NCBI GenBank assembly: GCA_000004695.1
Contig: CM000152.2
Span: forward strand, 3,968,001-4,032,000
Length of the DNA stretch: 64,000 nucleotides
From: Dictyostelium discoideum
Taxonomy: Eukaryota
Direction: 5' to 3'
Position numbers and translations under genes: made by a program. Under the pieces are notes generated by a model. It made no database searches and had not been told where the DNA came from. It saw nothing but the letters and a program-made list of their open reading frames with translations. Below, piece after piece: positions 24,624-36,608 of the stretch (its first letter is position 1; the number at the start of each line of letters is the position of its first letter).

Positions 24624-25698
24624 GCAACAACAAGAAGAAGAAGATGTAGAACAATCTAATATACCAAGTTTTTATTTATATCTACAACCTTTAGAGAATG
24701 AAATAGAAAATGAAAAACTTTTATTGGTATTAAAAGAAAAGTTGGAATCATCATTCTCAAATAATCTCTTTGAAATTATTAAAATTACATCAACTATATT
24801 AGAATTTGAATTCAAAAAAATTAAGTTTATCATTGATTTCAATTCAAATAGTTGGTATCAATCAAAAGTAATTTCTTTATATATAACTAAACATCCATCT
24901 TTAGTACCAACTTTATTAGTTATAATTGAACATATTAAAAATATATCATTACTATTAAATTCAAATAAAAATACAACAACAACAACAACAACAACAACAA
25001 CTTCAACTACTACAACAACAACAACAATAAGTTATAATAATAATAATAATATTAAAGAAAAAATTGAAAATTTTTCAATTTCACCAATTGGTTTAGTTAT
25101 TTTATTTATTAGATATGCAATTGAAAATGGTTTAATTAAGGAATTTGAAGAAAGTGATATCGAATTTGAATTATCAAATAATAATAATAATATTTATAGC
25201 TATGAAGATTTAAAAGATTTATTAAAAATAGAATGTGAAGTTGGTCAAAGTGATAATCTTCTTGGTTTCTATAGATATTACTCTGAGATTTTCCTTTTGG
25301 GTGTTTATAGTAAAAAAGAATCATTCAAATTGAAATCTTTTGGAAAATCAAGCATTGGTGTCGATAATGAAGTAACCATTACAAATGATCCTCAGCAACT
25401 TTCATTATTAAGCTCTCAATTTAAATTTGCATACAATGGAATTTGTGCAACAGTAAATGTTCATAAATTCTTGGATAGTTGTTTAATCATATCAAAGAGA
25501 TCCATTTTAATACAAATTGGTGTCGATCAAATTGATAATCTTATAAAGAATCAATTGGCCATAAGAGAATCAATCGAACTTTTAAATGTTTCCATTCAAT
25601 TCATTTATAATTCACCAAAATCTTGCACCATTGACATAAATGGTTTACCAAATCGATTAACAAAAGCTCGTGATAAAATTAGAGAGTTTCTCAAATAA
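18737..25698 (+). CDS. RNA-dependent RNA polymerase with an N-terminal Dicer-like DExH helicase domain (Dictyostelium rrpA/rrpB/rrpC[dosA] family; which paralog cannot be decided from the sequence). Exons 18737..18863 and 18968..25698. About 2285 aa.
   Basis: Exon 1 gives MSNYNNNNNNIPILKNNVKPRQYQEDAFNQCISRNTILVLPTG, donor GTATGT at 18864, acceptor TTTATAG at 18967 (phase 1). Exon 2 continues TGKTLVSIL, completing helicase motif I (PTGTGKT); motif II is FDEVHNATG (DEVH); helicase C-terminal part is QRRGRDRTCS. The eukaryotic RdRP catalytic region is GRVAVLKNPCHHPGDVRFLKAID...QCSGSDLDGDRYFVIYD (the DLDGD signature). Confidence 0.85.
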
Positions 25699-25845
25699 AT
25701 AAATATAAAATATATAATAATTGTTGTTTATTTCCTTTAATTGATAATTAATAGTTTTATTTATGAATTTTAATTAAGATGTAAATTAGTTATTCTTTTT
25801 CAATCATAGATATCTATCTTATCTAAAAATTGAGACGATTGTTTG

Positions 25846-25857
25846 AGAATTGAACCC
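25846..25857 (-). promoter_or_regulatory. Candidate external B box (ex-B) 29 nt downstream of tRNA-Ala
   Basis: GGTTCAATTCTC on the minus strand, resembling the Dictyostelium ex-B consensus GGTTCGAATCC. The spacing is identical to that of the second tRNA-Ala copy. Confidence 0.5.
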
Positions 25858-25885
25858 TTATACTGATTTGAAACTTAAATAAAAA

Positions 25886-25958
25886 TGGAGAAGAAGGGTA
25901 TCGATCCCTTTACCTCTCGCATGCTAAGCGAGCGCTCTACCATCTGAGCTACATCCCC
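25886..25958 (-). tRNA. tRNA-Ala (anticodon AGC), 73 nt
   Basis: Minus-strand sequence GGGGATGTAGCTCAGATGGTAGAGCGCTCGCTTAGCATGCGAGAGGTAAAGGGATCGATACCCTTCTTCTCCA. D-loop AGCTCAGATGGTAGAGC; anticodon loop cTTAGCAtg; T-arm GGGATCGATACCC; G3:U70 alanine identity pair; TTTTTATT terminator immediately 3'. Confidence 0.9.
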
Positions 25959-26226
25959 TTTGATGATTTTTAAATTTATGACAACAAAAATTTATATAAA
26001 ATTATTTCACAATTGATTGTTCACAATCCTAAATAATTAGTTTTTAATTTTAAAATTTAAAATTATTTCGGAAACTCACACAAAATAAAATAACTAAAAA
26101 AAATTCAAATTTTAATTTTTTTATTTATAAATTTTATCCAAAACGATTATAATTTCTCATATTTCCGTTTCTTCGTTTTTTTTTTTTTTAATTTCTCATA
26201 ATTTCATTGCTTCGTTTTTTTAAAAA

Positions 26227-27458
26227 ATGAAAAAAGCTAATAATAAACAAATAGCTCAAACTAATAAACTTGTAAAATATGACTCTTTCAGATCTAATGA
26301 TAGGAATTTAATTTTATCAAACTTAAATAAATTAAATGATTGGATAAATAATAGTAAATTTTAACCACCAAAAATAAAATAAAAAAAAAAAAATATCATT
26401 AATAATAATAAATATTTACTAACAAATTTAAAAATAGAAAGTAATTTTAAAGAAATTGAAGAAACAGGTATATTTAAAGCTTTAAGTGAGCTAATTGATC
26501 AATATAATGAAAATCAAGAAAATCAAGTTGAAAATAATGAATTTACAGAAATTATAATATTATTAGTTAAATTTTTAAAGAATTTATCAGTTAAAGAAAC
26601 GGAAACAAATGAAATTTTGAGATCATTAGATTATATTCACAGATTAGAATTGATTTTAAATAATAGTTATGATAGTGATTTATTAAATGATTCTTCAACA
26701 ACAATTGAATGTTTACGTAAATGTGCACCTTATAGTGTTAGAAAAGTGGGTGTTGGAGAATATAGTGAACAAACTGGTCAATTCCAATGGATGATTGAAA
26801 TGAAACAATTACATTTTGATGAAGTATTTGTAGGTTGGAGAGTATGGGAAGCTGGTATTGGATTTGGTAAATGGGTTTTAGAGAATAAACAAATTTTCCA
26901 AGGTAAAGAAGTTTTAGAACTTGGTTCAGGTTTAGGTGTCGCTGGTTTTATGGCTGGTTTAATTTGTAAATCTGTTTTAATGACTGATTATACTCCAAAG
27001 GTAAATAACTCTAATTAATATTTTAAAATCTAAAAACTAATTAATAATTAAAATATTTATAATTTTATTATTATTCATAGCTTGTATCAGCATTAAAAGA
27101 TAATTTAAAAATAAATTCTAGAATTCCAGAAATTAAAAAAGCATGTACTGTTCAAGCATTAGATTGGGTTAATGATAAAGCACCAAAACCATTTCACTAT
27201 GATATTGTAATTGGAAGTGAAGTTATTTATGATGAAAAGATTGTTGATCATTTAGCAAATATTATTCATCAAAGTCTAACACCTAATGGTATATTTTATA
27301 GTACAGCTGCAACTGTTAGAAGAGGTATTCCTGAATTTATTCATTCAATGAAATCTCGTGGTTACACTGTTAATTGTACTGAATTTCCAAAAAGATTTAT
27401 GCCTGATACAAAATTTGATACTCACTTTTTTGAAATTTATAGAAATAAAAATAAATAA
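26227..27458 (+). CDS. METTL21/FAM86-like (Methyltransf_16) putative protein-lysine methyltransferase. Exons 26227..26353, 26438..27000, 27081..27458.
   Basis: MKKANNKQIAQTNKL..DWINN| exon 1 (donor GTAAAT at 26354, acceptor AAAATAG at 26437, phase 1). Exon 2 holds the signature: WRVWEAGIGFGKWVLENKQIFQGKEVLELGSGLGVAGFMAGLICKSVLMTDYTPK| (donor GTAAAT at 27001). Exon 3: LVSALKDNL..VQALDWVNDKAPKPFHYDIVIGSEVIYDEKIVDHLANII... Confidence 0.65.
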
Positions 27459-27610
27459 ATAATTTAATACCCTAAGGATACAAAATTAAAAAGAAAATAT
27501 TTTTTTTTTATTTTTTTTTATCAAACAATTTTTTTTTTTTTTTATTTTTTTACCAATAAATCTAAAAATAAAAATTAAATTTTATTATGAAAAAAATAAG
27601 ATTATATTGC

Positions 27611-28786
27611 AATAATACCCCCTTTACCATTTTCTTATTTTGAATATTTTCCAGATTTGGAAATTTTTTTATGGCCATTGGATTTTACTACAAATAGTAA
27701 AAATCCCTTTTTTAATTTCAAAAAATTGAAAAATGATCGAGTATAAATTGAAAAAAAAAAAAAATAATCATTTATACAAATGTAAAAAAAAAAATAACAA
27801 ATAGAAAATAAATCTAACTCTAACAATTAAAAATGGTTCAGATAAAGTTGGCTGATAGTATAAAATATAAAAAAAAAAAAAGGGAATTACTTTAAAAAAA
27901 AATATATAACAATTTAAATCTAACTTTAATATTCTTTTTTATAAAGTAATTTTATCAAATAAAAATGGTTTCCATCAATAATGACCTAGATAATATAATA
28001 TATGAATCAATACCAATCAAATGATAGAGAAAGGAAAGATTTATCTATGCACTATATCATAAAGAATCATCATATTAATATTATTTCTAAACAAATAAAA
28101 TGAATCAATTCAAATCAAATGTCAGAGAAAGGAAAGATTTATCTATGCACTATGGCATTTTGAAAAGAAGATGATATCATTTATAAATAAATAATTAGAA
28201 ATCAAAAAACTAAAAATAAATTAAAAACTAAAAATAAATATTAAAAGGTTTAATAAAATATTTTTTTTTTCATTATTGTTTAAAATATTAATTTAATTTA
28301 TTTAAAAAAACTATTTCTTTTTAATTCTATTATTAATAAAAAATTAAAATTATTCAAATGGTTGGTTTTTATGTTTTTCAAAATAAAATTAAAATTGTAA
28401 GTTGGTAATTATTATTTTTAGGTTAAAAATTAAAATTAATTGAAATGGGGGTATTGTTATATATGATGGGTTTAGTTTTTATTTATTTCATAAATTATTT
28501 AATAATTTAATAAAAAATTGTGTGATGTGGTATATCTGAATAAAAACAAATTTGTTTATCAATTAGAAATTTCAATTTTATATAATTTTATCCGTTTTTG
28601 TATAATCTGTCAAAAATGAATATTACAAAATAAATAAAATAACATAACAAAGTATTTTGTTTTATTTGAATTTTGTGGTAACCTTTTAGACTTTGTTATT
28701 TGTAAAAAATTGGTTAATTTACAAATAAGAATAATAAGAATAATTAAAAAAAAAAAAAAAATAATAAAAAAAGTGATTTGATTTAA
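27611..28786 (+). repeat. Non-coding repeat family, copy 1 (about 1.2 kb, full length)
   Basis: Starts ..AATAATACCCCCTTTACCATTTTCTTATTTTGAATAT and ends in an A-run followed by GATTTGATTTAA. Contains an internal about 110-bp tandem duplication with the core AGAGAAAGGAAAGATTTATCTATGCACTAT, present twice. About 85% identical to copy 2 (30002..31200). Confidence 0.6.
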
Positions 28787-28912
28787 TATTCTTAAAAAAA
28801 AAAAAAAGTATAAATTAAAAGTTTTTTTTTTTTTATTATTCATTATACCAATTATTTATAATACAAAATACAAAATAAATCAAATCAAATCAAATCAAAA
28901 TAAAATAAAAAA

Positions 28913-29278
28913 ATGACACTCTTTTGTAAGTATTTAAAAAATTTTATTTACCTTTTTTTTTTAAAAAAAAATAATTTAAAAACTCATTAAATTAATAAAT
29001 TATTAGCATCGATCTCATCATTGTCAAGTTCAATGACAAGTTCAAGATCTATTTTCGCTTCATTTGGTAGTGGAACAATTATGGGTTCAAATTCTATTTC
29101 ATGTACTGTCGGTAGTGGTAGTTGTGGTAGTGGTAGTGGAGGTTGTGGTGATTTAACTGGTGGAGCTAAATCAAGTGGTGGTAGTTGTGGAGGAAAAGGT
29201 GGATCACACAATCATGGCCATGGTCATGGACCACATGGTCAAGGTGGTAAAGGTTCAGGAGGTTCATGTAGTTGTTAA
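28913..29278 (+). CDS. Small Gly/Ser/Cys-rich protein of the hssA/2C/7E-like family. Exons 28913..28925 and 29007..29278. About 94 aa.
   Basis: A 13-nt first exon ATGACACTCTTTT, donor GTAAGT at 28926, acceptor TATTAG at 29005-06 (phase 1). Product: [82 protein letters not shown]. The MTLFSSISS start and the Gly/Ser/Cys body are typical of this Dictyostelium family. Confidence 0.6.
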
Positions 29279-29600
29279 TATTTACACATATATATATTTT
29301 AAATATTACTTCAATTGTAATAATAAATTATTTAAAATAAAAATCGCACCTATTTTAATTTTATTTAAAAATAATTTATTTTTATTTTTATAGTAAATTT
29401 AAAAAAAGGACTATTTCGCACCATTAAATCTTTTGTTTATTTGTGAATATTAAATTATTTTAATCCTGTTTTAAATAATTATTAACCTCTGCCTTTACTT
29501 CAATCCTTTCACCAGTAGTACTCTAAAGATTTACAACGGAATTTGCACCTTGATACCGAAAATTTTTTTTTTTTTTTTTTATTTATTAATTCATTTGTTG

Positions 29601-29706
<106 letters not shown>

Positions 29707-30001
29707 AATTTTTCAAAATTTAAAAAAAAAAAAAAAAAAAAAAACTTTTTCATTTTAAAATAATAAAAATATAAAATAAATTTTGAATTTTTTTTATTTG
29801 TTATTTTTATTATTATTTCTCAATCAAATAATTAAAAAAAAAAAAAAAATACTCTTTAAATTAATAATTATTAATAAAAAAAGAATTTTTTTTTCCCACA
29901 ATCAAACATGTTTGAACTATAATTTTTTTTTTTAACAATAAATCTTAAAATAAAAATAAAGTTTTAGTGCTTTTCTAAAGAAATAGATATCTTTTTATTG
30001 T

Positions 30002-31150
30002 AATAACACCCCTTTTACCATTTTCTTATTTTGGATATTTCCAGATTTGGAAATTTTCTTTTTGGCTATTGGATTTTACTTAAAATAGTAAATTATTTTT
30101 TTTAATTTCAAATAATTTAAAAAATTGAAAAATGATCGAGTATAAATAGAAAGTTTTTTGAAAAAAAAAAAAATAATAACCATTTATACAAATGTAAAAA
30201 AAAAAATAACAAATAGAAAATAAATGTAACTCTAACAATTAAAAAGGTTTAGATAATAGTTGATTGATAGTTTAAAATATAAAAAAAAGGTAAAGCCATA
30301 AAAAAAAAAAATAATAAATAACAATTTAAATCTAACTTTAATTATATATATATATATTATAGAGTAATTTTATCAAATAAAAATGGAAAAAATTCAATTA
30401 TAATCAAGATAATATAATTTATGAATCAATACCAATCAAATGATAGAGAAAGGAAAGATTTATCTATGCACTATATCATAATGAAAGGTTGATCATCATA
30501 TTAATATTTATTCTTACCTTATAAAATGAATCAATTCAAATCAAATGTCAGAGAAAGGAAAGATTTATCTATGCACTATGGCATTTTGAAAAGAAGATTA
30601 TATCATTTATAAATAAATAATTAGAGATCAAAAAACTAAAAATAAATTAAAAAACTAAAAATAAAATTAAAAGGTTTAATAAAATATGTTTTTTTTTCAT
30701 TATTGTCTAAATTATCAATTAAATTAATTTAAAAAAACCATTTCTTTTTAATTCTATTATTAATAAAAAATTAAAATTATACAAATCGTTTATTTTTATG
30801 TTTTTCAAAATAAGTTGGTCATTTTTTATTATTTTTGGGTTAATTGAAATGGATGTATTGTTATATATTCGATGGGTTTATTTTTTATTATTTCATTACC
30901 ACCATAAATTATTTTAATTATTTAATAATTAATAAAAAATTGTAAAATGTGGTATGTCTAAATAAAAACTAATTTTTTTATCAATTAGAAATTTCAATTT
31001 TATGTATTTTTATCCGTTTTTGTATAAACTGTCAAAAACGAATATTTACAAAATATATAAAATAACAAAACCAAGTATTTTGTCGTTTGAATTTTGTGGT
31101 ACCTTTTTGACTTTGCCTTTTTTAAAAAATTGGTTAATTTACAATAAGAA

Positions 31151-31191
<41 letters not shown>

Positions 31192-31200
31192 TTGATTTAA
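30002..31200 (+). repeat. Non-coding repeat family, copy 2 (about 1.2 kb, direct orientation relative to copy 1)
   Basis: AATAACACCCCTTTTACCATTTTCTTATTTTGGATAT... collinear with copy 1, including both copies of the AGAGAAAGGAAAGATTTATCTATGCACTAT core. Ends ...A(n)GGATTTGATTTAA. Confidence 0.6.
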
Positions 31201-31281
31201 AGTTAATCTTTTTTTTTCATTAAACGATTTTTAAAATAAATTTATTTATTATTTAATTTTTTTATCTTTTTTTTTTTTTTT

Positions 31282-32753
31282 TTATTCCTCTTGTTTTTTT
31301 GATTCTTTTTCTTCTAATTCTTTTTGAATTTCTTTATCACCCTCAATTGTCATTTTTCTAAGTTTTAATGGTCTACTATCTTGAATAGTTTCTTGATTTT
31401 TATTTTTATTATTGTTATTAATATCAGTAGTATCATCAATATCTTGTTCATCTAAACTTAAATCATCATCTTCTTTATTTTTATTATCAGTACTATTCAT
31501 CATTTGTTTTGAATAAGAAACATGTTTTCTGTATTGTTTCTTTTCAATTGATTCTAAAACTGATTTTAATTCAGCTGGTTTTAAAGTGGTTGAAGCATCA
31601 ACAGAATTGATTGCAATAACTACTTTATTATCAGATTGTTGAGATAAAGTTGTTGAATCGAAAGCAATTGCAACATCGACCTCTTTTGTAGTTGGTAATA
31701 AAGATGCTAAAATGGTTTTACCATTATCAATTAAATCGATTGAAATTGGTGATGATTGAGTGAGTGGAATTGTTTTAAGTTCTGATTGATTGAATTCACC
31801 CTTTTCAACATTCATTGGTAAAATGTAAATATTATTTGAATTTTCAATTGAAAATATTAATTGATTGGTGGTGGTGGTTGCATCGACTTTGAAGACAACT
31901 TGTGGAATTGTAATTGCATTTTCATGCTTACTATTGAAATCTACAGTTTGTAAACATTTACCTTGTTTCCAATTCCATAATTTAATTGTACCATCACCAG
32001 AACCTGAAATTAATAAATCATCTCTACCTGGTACCAATAATATCTCTGTAACATATTTTGTATGACCAAGACAAAAACTTTCAATATCGAAACAATTTGG
32101 ATAATGACTAACTCTAATTTTCTCATCTCTATCTGCTGATAATAAATAATTAAAACATGGTGAAAATTTAATATCAACAATTGATGAATAATGTCCAAAT
32201 ACTAAATTCTTATCACTTTCTTTTTCATCATGTTTGGCTGATTTATCACCACTAACTTCAATTTTATTCTTTGAATCATCAATTAATGAATATTTAAAAA
32301 CATCACCACATTTATCTGATACTAAAATTTCTGAATCATCTTTGTTCAAAATTGAACAAATAATCTTTTTATTTGTATTACTAAAATATAATGAAAAAAA
32401 AAAAAATTAATAAATAAAAATAATTTAATATTTATATTTAATATTTACATTGATTTTATATTTTTAAAATTATTTGTTGTATCCCAAATTTTTAAAAATT
32501 TATCACTTGATGAAGTAATTAAAGATTGATTATTTTTAGTAAATTCAATTGATCTAATAATACCAGTGTGTTGTGAACCTGATTCTAATTCACCAAGTTT
32601 ATTTAATTTATTATCAAAAATGTTTAATTTATTATTAAGCCTGTATGCAATGAAATTACTATCTGATGAATGTGTAATAATTGAAATTGGTACTTTTTCA
32701 ACATTTGATGTTACCATAATTTGTGGTGGAATAAATACTGCTGTGGTTGACAT
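31282..32753 (-). CDS. wdr4: WD-repeat protein WDR4/Trm82 (non-catalytic subunit of tRNA m7G46 methyltransferase). Exons (minus) 32753..32449 and 32380..31282. About 467 aa.
   Basis: Exon 1 MSTTAVFIPPQ...LKIWDTTNNFKNIKS (donor GTAAAT 32448..32443; acceptor TATTTTAG 32382..32381, phase 2). Exon 2 has WDR4-specific blocks: DKCGDVFKYSL (human DKSGDVYSFSV), [30 protein letters not shown] (human [30 protein letters not shown]), SGSGDGTIKLWNW (human SSSGDGTLRLWEY). Acidic/Lys-rich C-terminal tail. Confidence 0.75.
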
Positions 32754-33319
32754 TATTTTATTTTATATTTGGTAATAATGATAATAATGATAATAATGAT
32801 TTTGATTTTTAATTTTTAATTTTGATTTTGATTTTGATTCCAAATTAAGAAATTGGTTGGGTGACAACTTTATTATTATAAGAAAAAAAAAATAAAAAAA
32901 ATAAAAAAAATAAAAAAAAACCGAAATTCTTCAAAAATTAAAAAAAAAAAATAAAAAAAAAAATTAAAAATAAAATAAAAAAAAAAAAAGCGAAAAATGA
33001 CAGTTAAAAATTCAAAATTTAAAAATAACACAACACATTTTTTAAAAAAAGGAACACGCATTATTTTTTTTTTACCAAAAAATCTACTGGTAAAAACCAA
33101 TCAGTTTTTTTTTTTTTTTAAAAAAAAAGTTTATTTTTAAATTTTTTTATTTTTTATTTTATTTTTATTTTTATTTTTATTTTTTTTTTTTTTTTTTTAA
33201 ATTTTTGCTGTGAAAATTTTTTTTTTTTTTTATTTTTTTTTTTTTTTACCTTTTGACAATTGCTTTTTAATTTTTTTCAAAAAAAAACTAATTATTATAA
33301 AAAACCTTTTAAAATAAAA

Positions 33320-33787
33320 ATGGATTCAGTCGAAAATACCACCACTACCACCACCGCTTCCACTGCCAATGAAAGTTCACCATTATTAAATCACTCAAGT
33401 TCAACAATGGATCTTGGTAGTGAAAATGTTAGCGAACTTTTAAGAAATAAATTGGCCCAATCCCCAACTTGCCTTTTCTGTAGCCAAAAACTCAATGGTC
33501 CATTTTTATATTCCCATTACATTTCATGTACCAACATTTTCCTTAAAGAATTACAAACTTCTTTCCATCCATCTTCAATCTTATCCTATTGTATTACTCC
33601 AGAACTTTTAGAAAATACTTTCCAAACTCCAATTTATATCCCACAATTACAAGCTTTAATTGGTCAATTAAATACTCACCTTGGAAACCTCCAAGCTCAA
33701 CAACAACAACAACTTTCCGGTATTCCAGCTCCATCTCAAGCCACTTCTGCTGCCACCGCAAAAACTGATGCCAAAAAGAAGAAATAA
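33320..33787 (+). CDS. Hypothetical protein, about 155 aa, with a Cys/His cluster
   Basis: ATG at 33320 in an A-rich context (aaaataaaaATGG). MDSVENTTTTTTASTANESSPLLNHSS...CLFCSQKLNGPFLYSHYISC (possible small zinc-binding motif)...poly-Q, Lys-rich C-terminus. I recognise no family. Codon usage is Dictyostelium-like. Confidence 0.45.
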   Translation: MDSVENTTTTTTASTANESSPLLNHSSSTMDLGSENVSELLRNKLAQSPTCLFCSQKLNGPFLYSHYISCTNIFLKELQTSFHPSSILSYCITPELLENTFQTPIYIPQLQALIGQLNTHLGNLQAQQQQQLSGIPAPSQATSAATAKTDAKKKK

Positions 33788-33792
33788 ACAAT

Positions 33793-33833
<41 letters not shown>

Positions 33834-34250
33834 ATAATAATAATTAGCCGAACCCAATATCCATTGATATCAATTCTTCACTTAAATGAAGAACAACCAA
33901 ATTTAAATAAAAACCTTGTATTAAAATTTTTTAAATTTTTTTTTTTTTTTTTTTTTTTTTTGTTCAACCCACATTCAAATAATTAATATCCAAAATTTTA
34001 AATTTGCAGTTTTATTTACAAAATAAAAACAAAAATAAAAATAAAATTAAAAATAAAATTTAATCTTTTTTTTTATTTTATTTGTTACCCAAAAAGAATG
34101 TAAAAAAAAATAATAAAAAATAAACAAATAATATATTTATATTTTTTTTAACATTAAAAATATCTCAAACTTGGATATTTTTTTTTTAAAATTGTTAATA
34201 AATTTATTTTTTATTATTAAAAAAAAAAAAAAACAATCAAATTAAGTAAA

Positions 34251-34287
<37 letters not shown>

Positions 34288-34362
34288 AATAAATAAATAA
34301 ATAAGTTTGTGATTTTATTAATGATTTTTTGTTTTGTTTTTTTTTTTTTTTGAAATTTTTTC

Positions 34363-35396
34363 TTAAAACATTAAAATCAATGATAAAATAGAGATTATTA
34401 ATAAAGTTGGGATAATGATTAAATTTGAACCATTACCATCACCATAAATTGAACATGGGTATAACTCAACATGTGATACAACATCACAAACTTCAATAAA
34501 ATCTTCACATTGTTTTTGAGTTACTTGATAAATTGGTTTACCATCAGAACCTGGAGCAAGTGGGAAACTAACATCACATAAAACTTTTTCATATAAATTA
34601 CCACATTGAGAGGAATTTTGTCCAATAACTAATGGATTTGCCATATTATTCTTGAAAACACCTTGAGTTCTTTGATCGTATTCACCTAATTGTGTACCGG
34701 CTGGGAGTAAAACAACTTTGTTGACAACTTGATCACAGAATTTGACATTATCTTTAACTTGGACATTGTATTCGACCAAAGCGGTTTCTTCTGCTGCTTT
34801 ATCACAAGCACTTGAGTCAAGTTTAATAGCTGAGCATGAATACCAACCACTGCTTTCTGTGTAGGCTTGGAGTGTACAAATACCATTGGTACCTGTGCAT
34901 GTGGTACCAGTTGGAACTCTGACATCCATATAATAAGTTCCAACTTCCTTTGGATCACTACCTGAAAGAACTTTACTTGTTAATGTGGTAGTGAAATCAC
35001 CTTCTGTTGTTCCACCATTAGTTGCTAATTTAAATGTGACTGCACCTGCACCATCACCAACAACAATTTTCCATGTGGCTCTGTTTGTTTTGCTTGAGTT
35101 TGGACACCAAGTAATTTGTGCAACAGTTTGTTTTGTACCACCACCACATAGTTTAGTTTTACTTGGGTTGGTAGAAAATGGGGTTGGTGCAACTCTTTAA
35201 AATAAAATAAAAAAAATAAAAAATAAAAAAATAATAAAAAAAATTTTGATTAGAAAGTTGCGAAAAAAAAAAAAAAGGAAATGGTTGAAAAAAAAAAAAA
35301 AAAAAAAAAAAAAAATTATATTTACAAAACAGCATGACCACTGATAAAGTTTACCAAAATTGAAAGTATTAAAATACATGAAATAAGAAGTCTCAT
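34363..35396 (-). CDS. Secreted, probably GPI-anchored Cys-rich cell-surface protein, about 300 aa. Exons (minus) 35396..35326 and 35194..34363.
   Basis: Exon 1 MRLLISCILILSILVNFISGHAVL (signal peptide), donor GTAAAT 35325..35320, acceptor TTTAAAG 35196..35195 (phase 2). Mature part: VAPTPFSTNPSKTKLCGGGTKQTVAQITWCPNSSKTNRATWKIVVGDGAGAVTFKLATNGGTTEG...12 Cys... C-terminal SNLIIIPTLLIISILSLILMF* (GPI-attachment-like hydrophobic tail after a small-residue omega region GDGNGS). Confidence 0.6.
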
Positions 35397-36079
35397 TCTT
35401 ATAAATAAATAATAAAAGTTGGGATTAAAATATTGTGAATAAAAAAAAAAAAAGAAAAAAAAAATTTTTTCTTTTTGACCAACAAAAAAAAAAAAAGTTT
35501 TTATTATATTCGAATTGATTTTTTTTTTTTTTTTTTTTTTAACCTCCATAATGTCGCCAAAAAAAAAAATATCTTTTTTTTCAATCCGATTAGATTCCAA
35601 TATTATTATTATTATAATTGTTTTTTATATTTATTTTTTTTTATTTTTTTATTTTTTTTATTAACCAAATAAATAAATGTGATACAATCTTAAAATTTTA
35701 TTTTAATTAAATTTTTTTTATTTTTTATTTTATTTTATTTTTTAAAAAATAAAAAAAAAAAAGTCTTTTCATTTAAAACTTAAAATGTCATTGTCCTTAC
35801 TAACTGATATTTTTTTTTTTTTTTTTTTTGTTAACCATAAATAAGTATTGTAAAAAAAAATAATTAATTAAATAAATACTTGGAGTGTTTGAAAAAAAAA
35901 AAAAAAATAAATAAAATAAAATAAAAATAAAAATATCCAGGTTTTCAGGATTACAACTTTTTTTTTTGTTTTTTTTATTATTTTTTTTTTATTTTTTTTT
36001 TTTTTTCTGATCACAACAATGATCCTTTACAAGAAAAAAAAAAAAAAAAAGAATTTTAAAAGAAAGGATGATGATGTCA

Positions 36080-36118
<39 letters not shown>

Positions 36119-36122
36119 GAAC

Positions 36123-36157
<35 letters not shown>

Positions 36158-36287
36158 ATAGATATTTGATAATAAAAACCATTTTTTGTGTGTATCTATT
36201 TGAACACTTAATTTTTAAACAAACACTCACTTTTTCTATCATCCTTAATTTCAATTCCAATTTTTTTTTTTTTTTTTTTTTTTTTCA

Positions 36288-36318
<31 letters not shown>

Positions 36319-36577
36319 TCTATTTTCATTTTTCCATTTTTTTTTTTTTTTTTTTTTTTTTTTCTCATCAAATTTTACGACATATCACCAAAAACCATTA
36401 CATTATTAAAAAAAAATATATATATTAATGGTAATATTCATGTTGATGATTTAAACAAATTACAATCATCCAAAAAAGGGTTTGAATAGTCAATAAAAAT
36501 AAAAATAACTTCCCTAGCAAAAAAATAAAAATAAAAAAAAAATAAAAAAAAATAAAAATAAAAAAAATTGTAGCAAA

Positions 36578-36608
<31 letters not shown>

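Noticed and set aside
29021-29278. Stand-alone 85-aa ORF
   Set aside because: It is exon 2 of the hssA-like gene. The listed M is a TTG. The real start is the micro-exon at 28913.
34985-35200. Plus-strand 71-aa ORF
   Set aside because: Antisense of exon 2 of the GPI-anchored protein gene (34363..35194, minus), whose frame is continuous and carries the signal-peptide splice.
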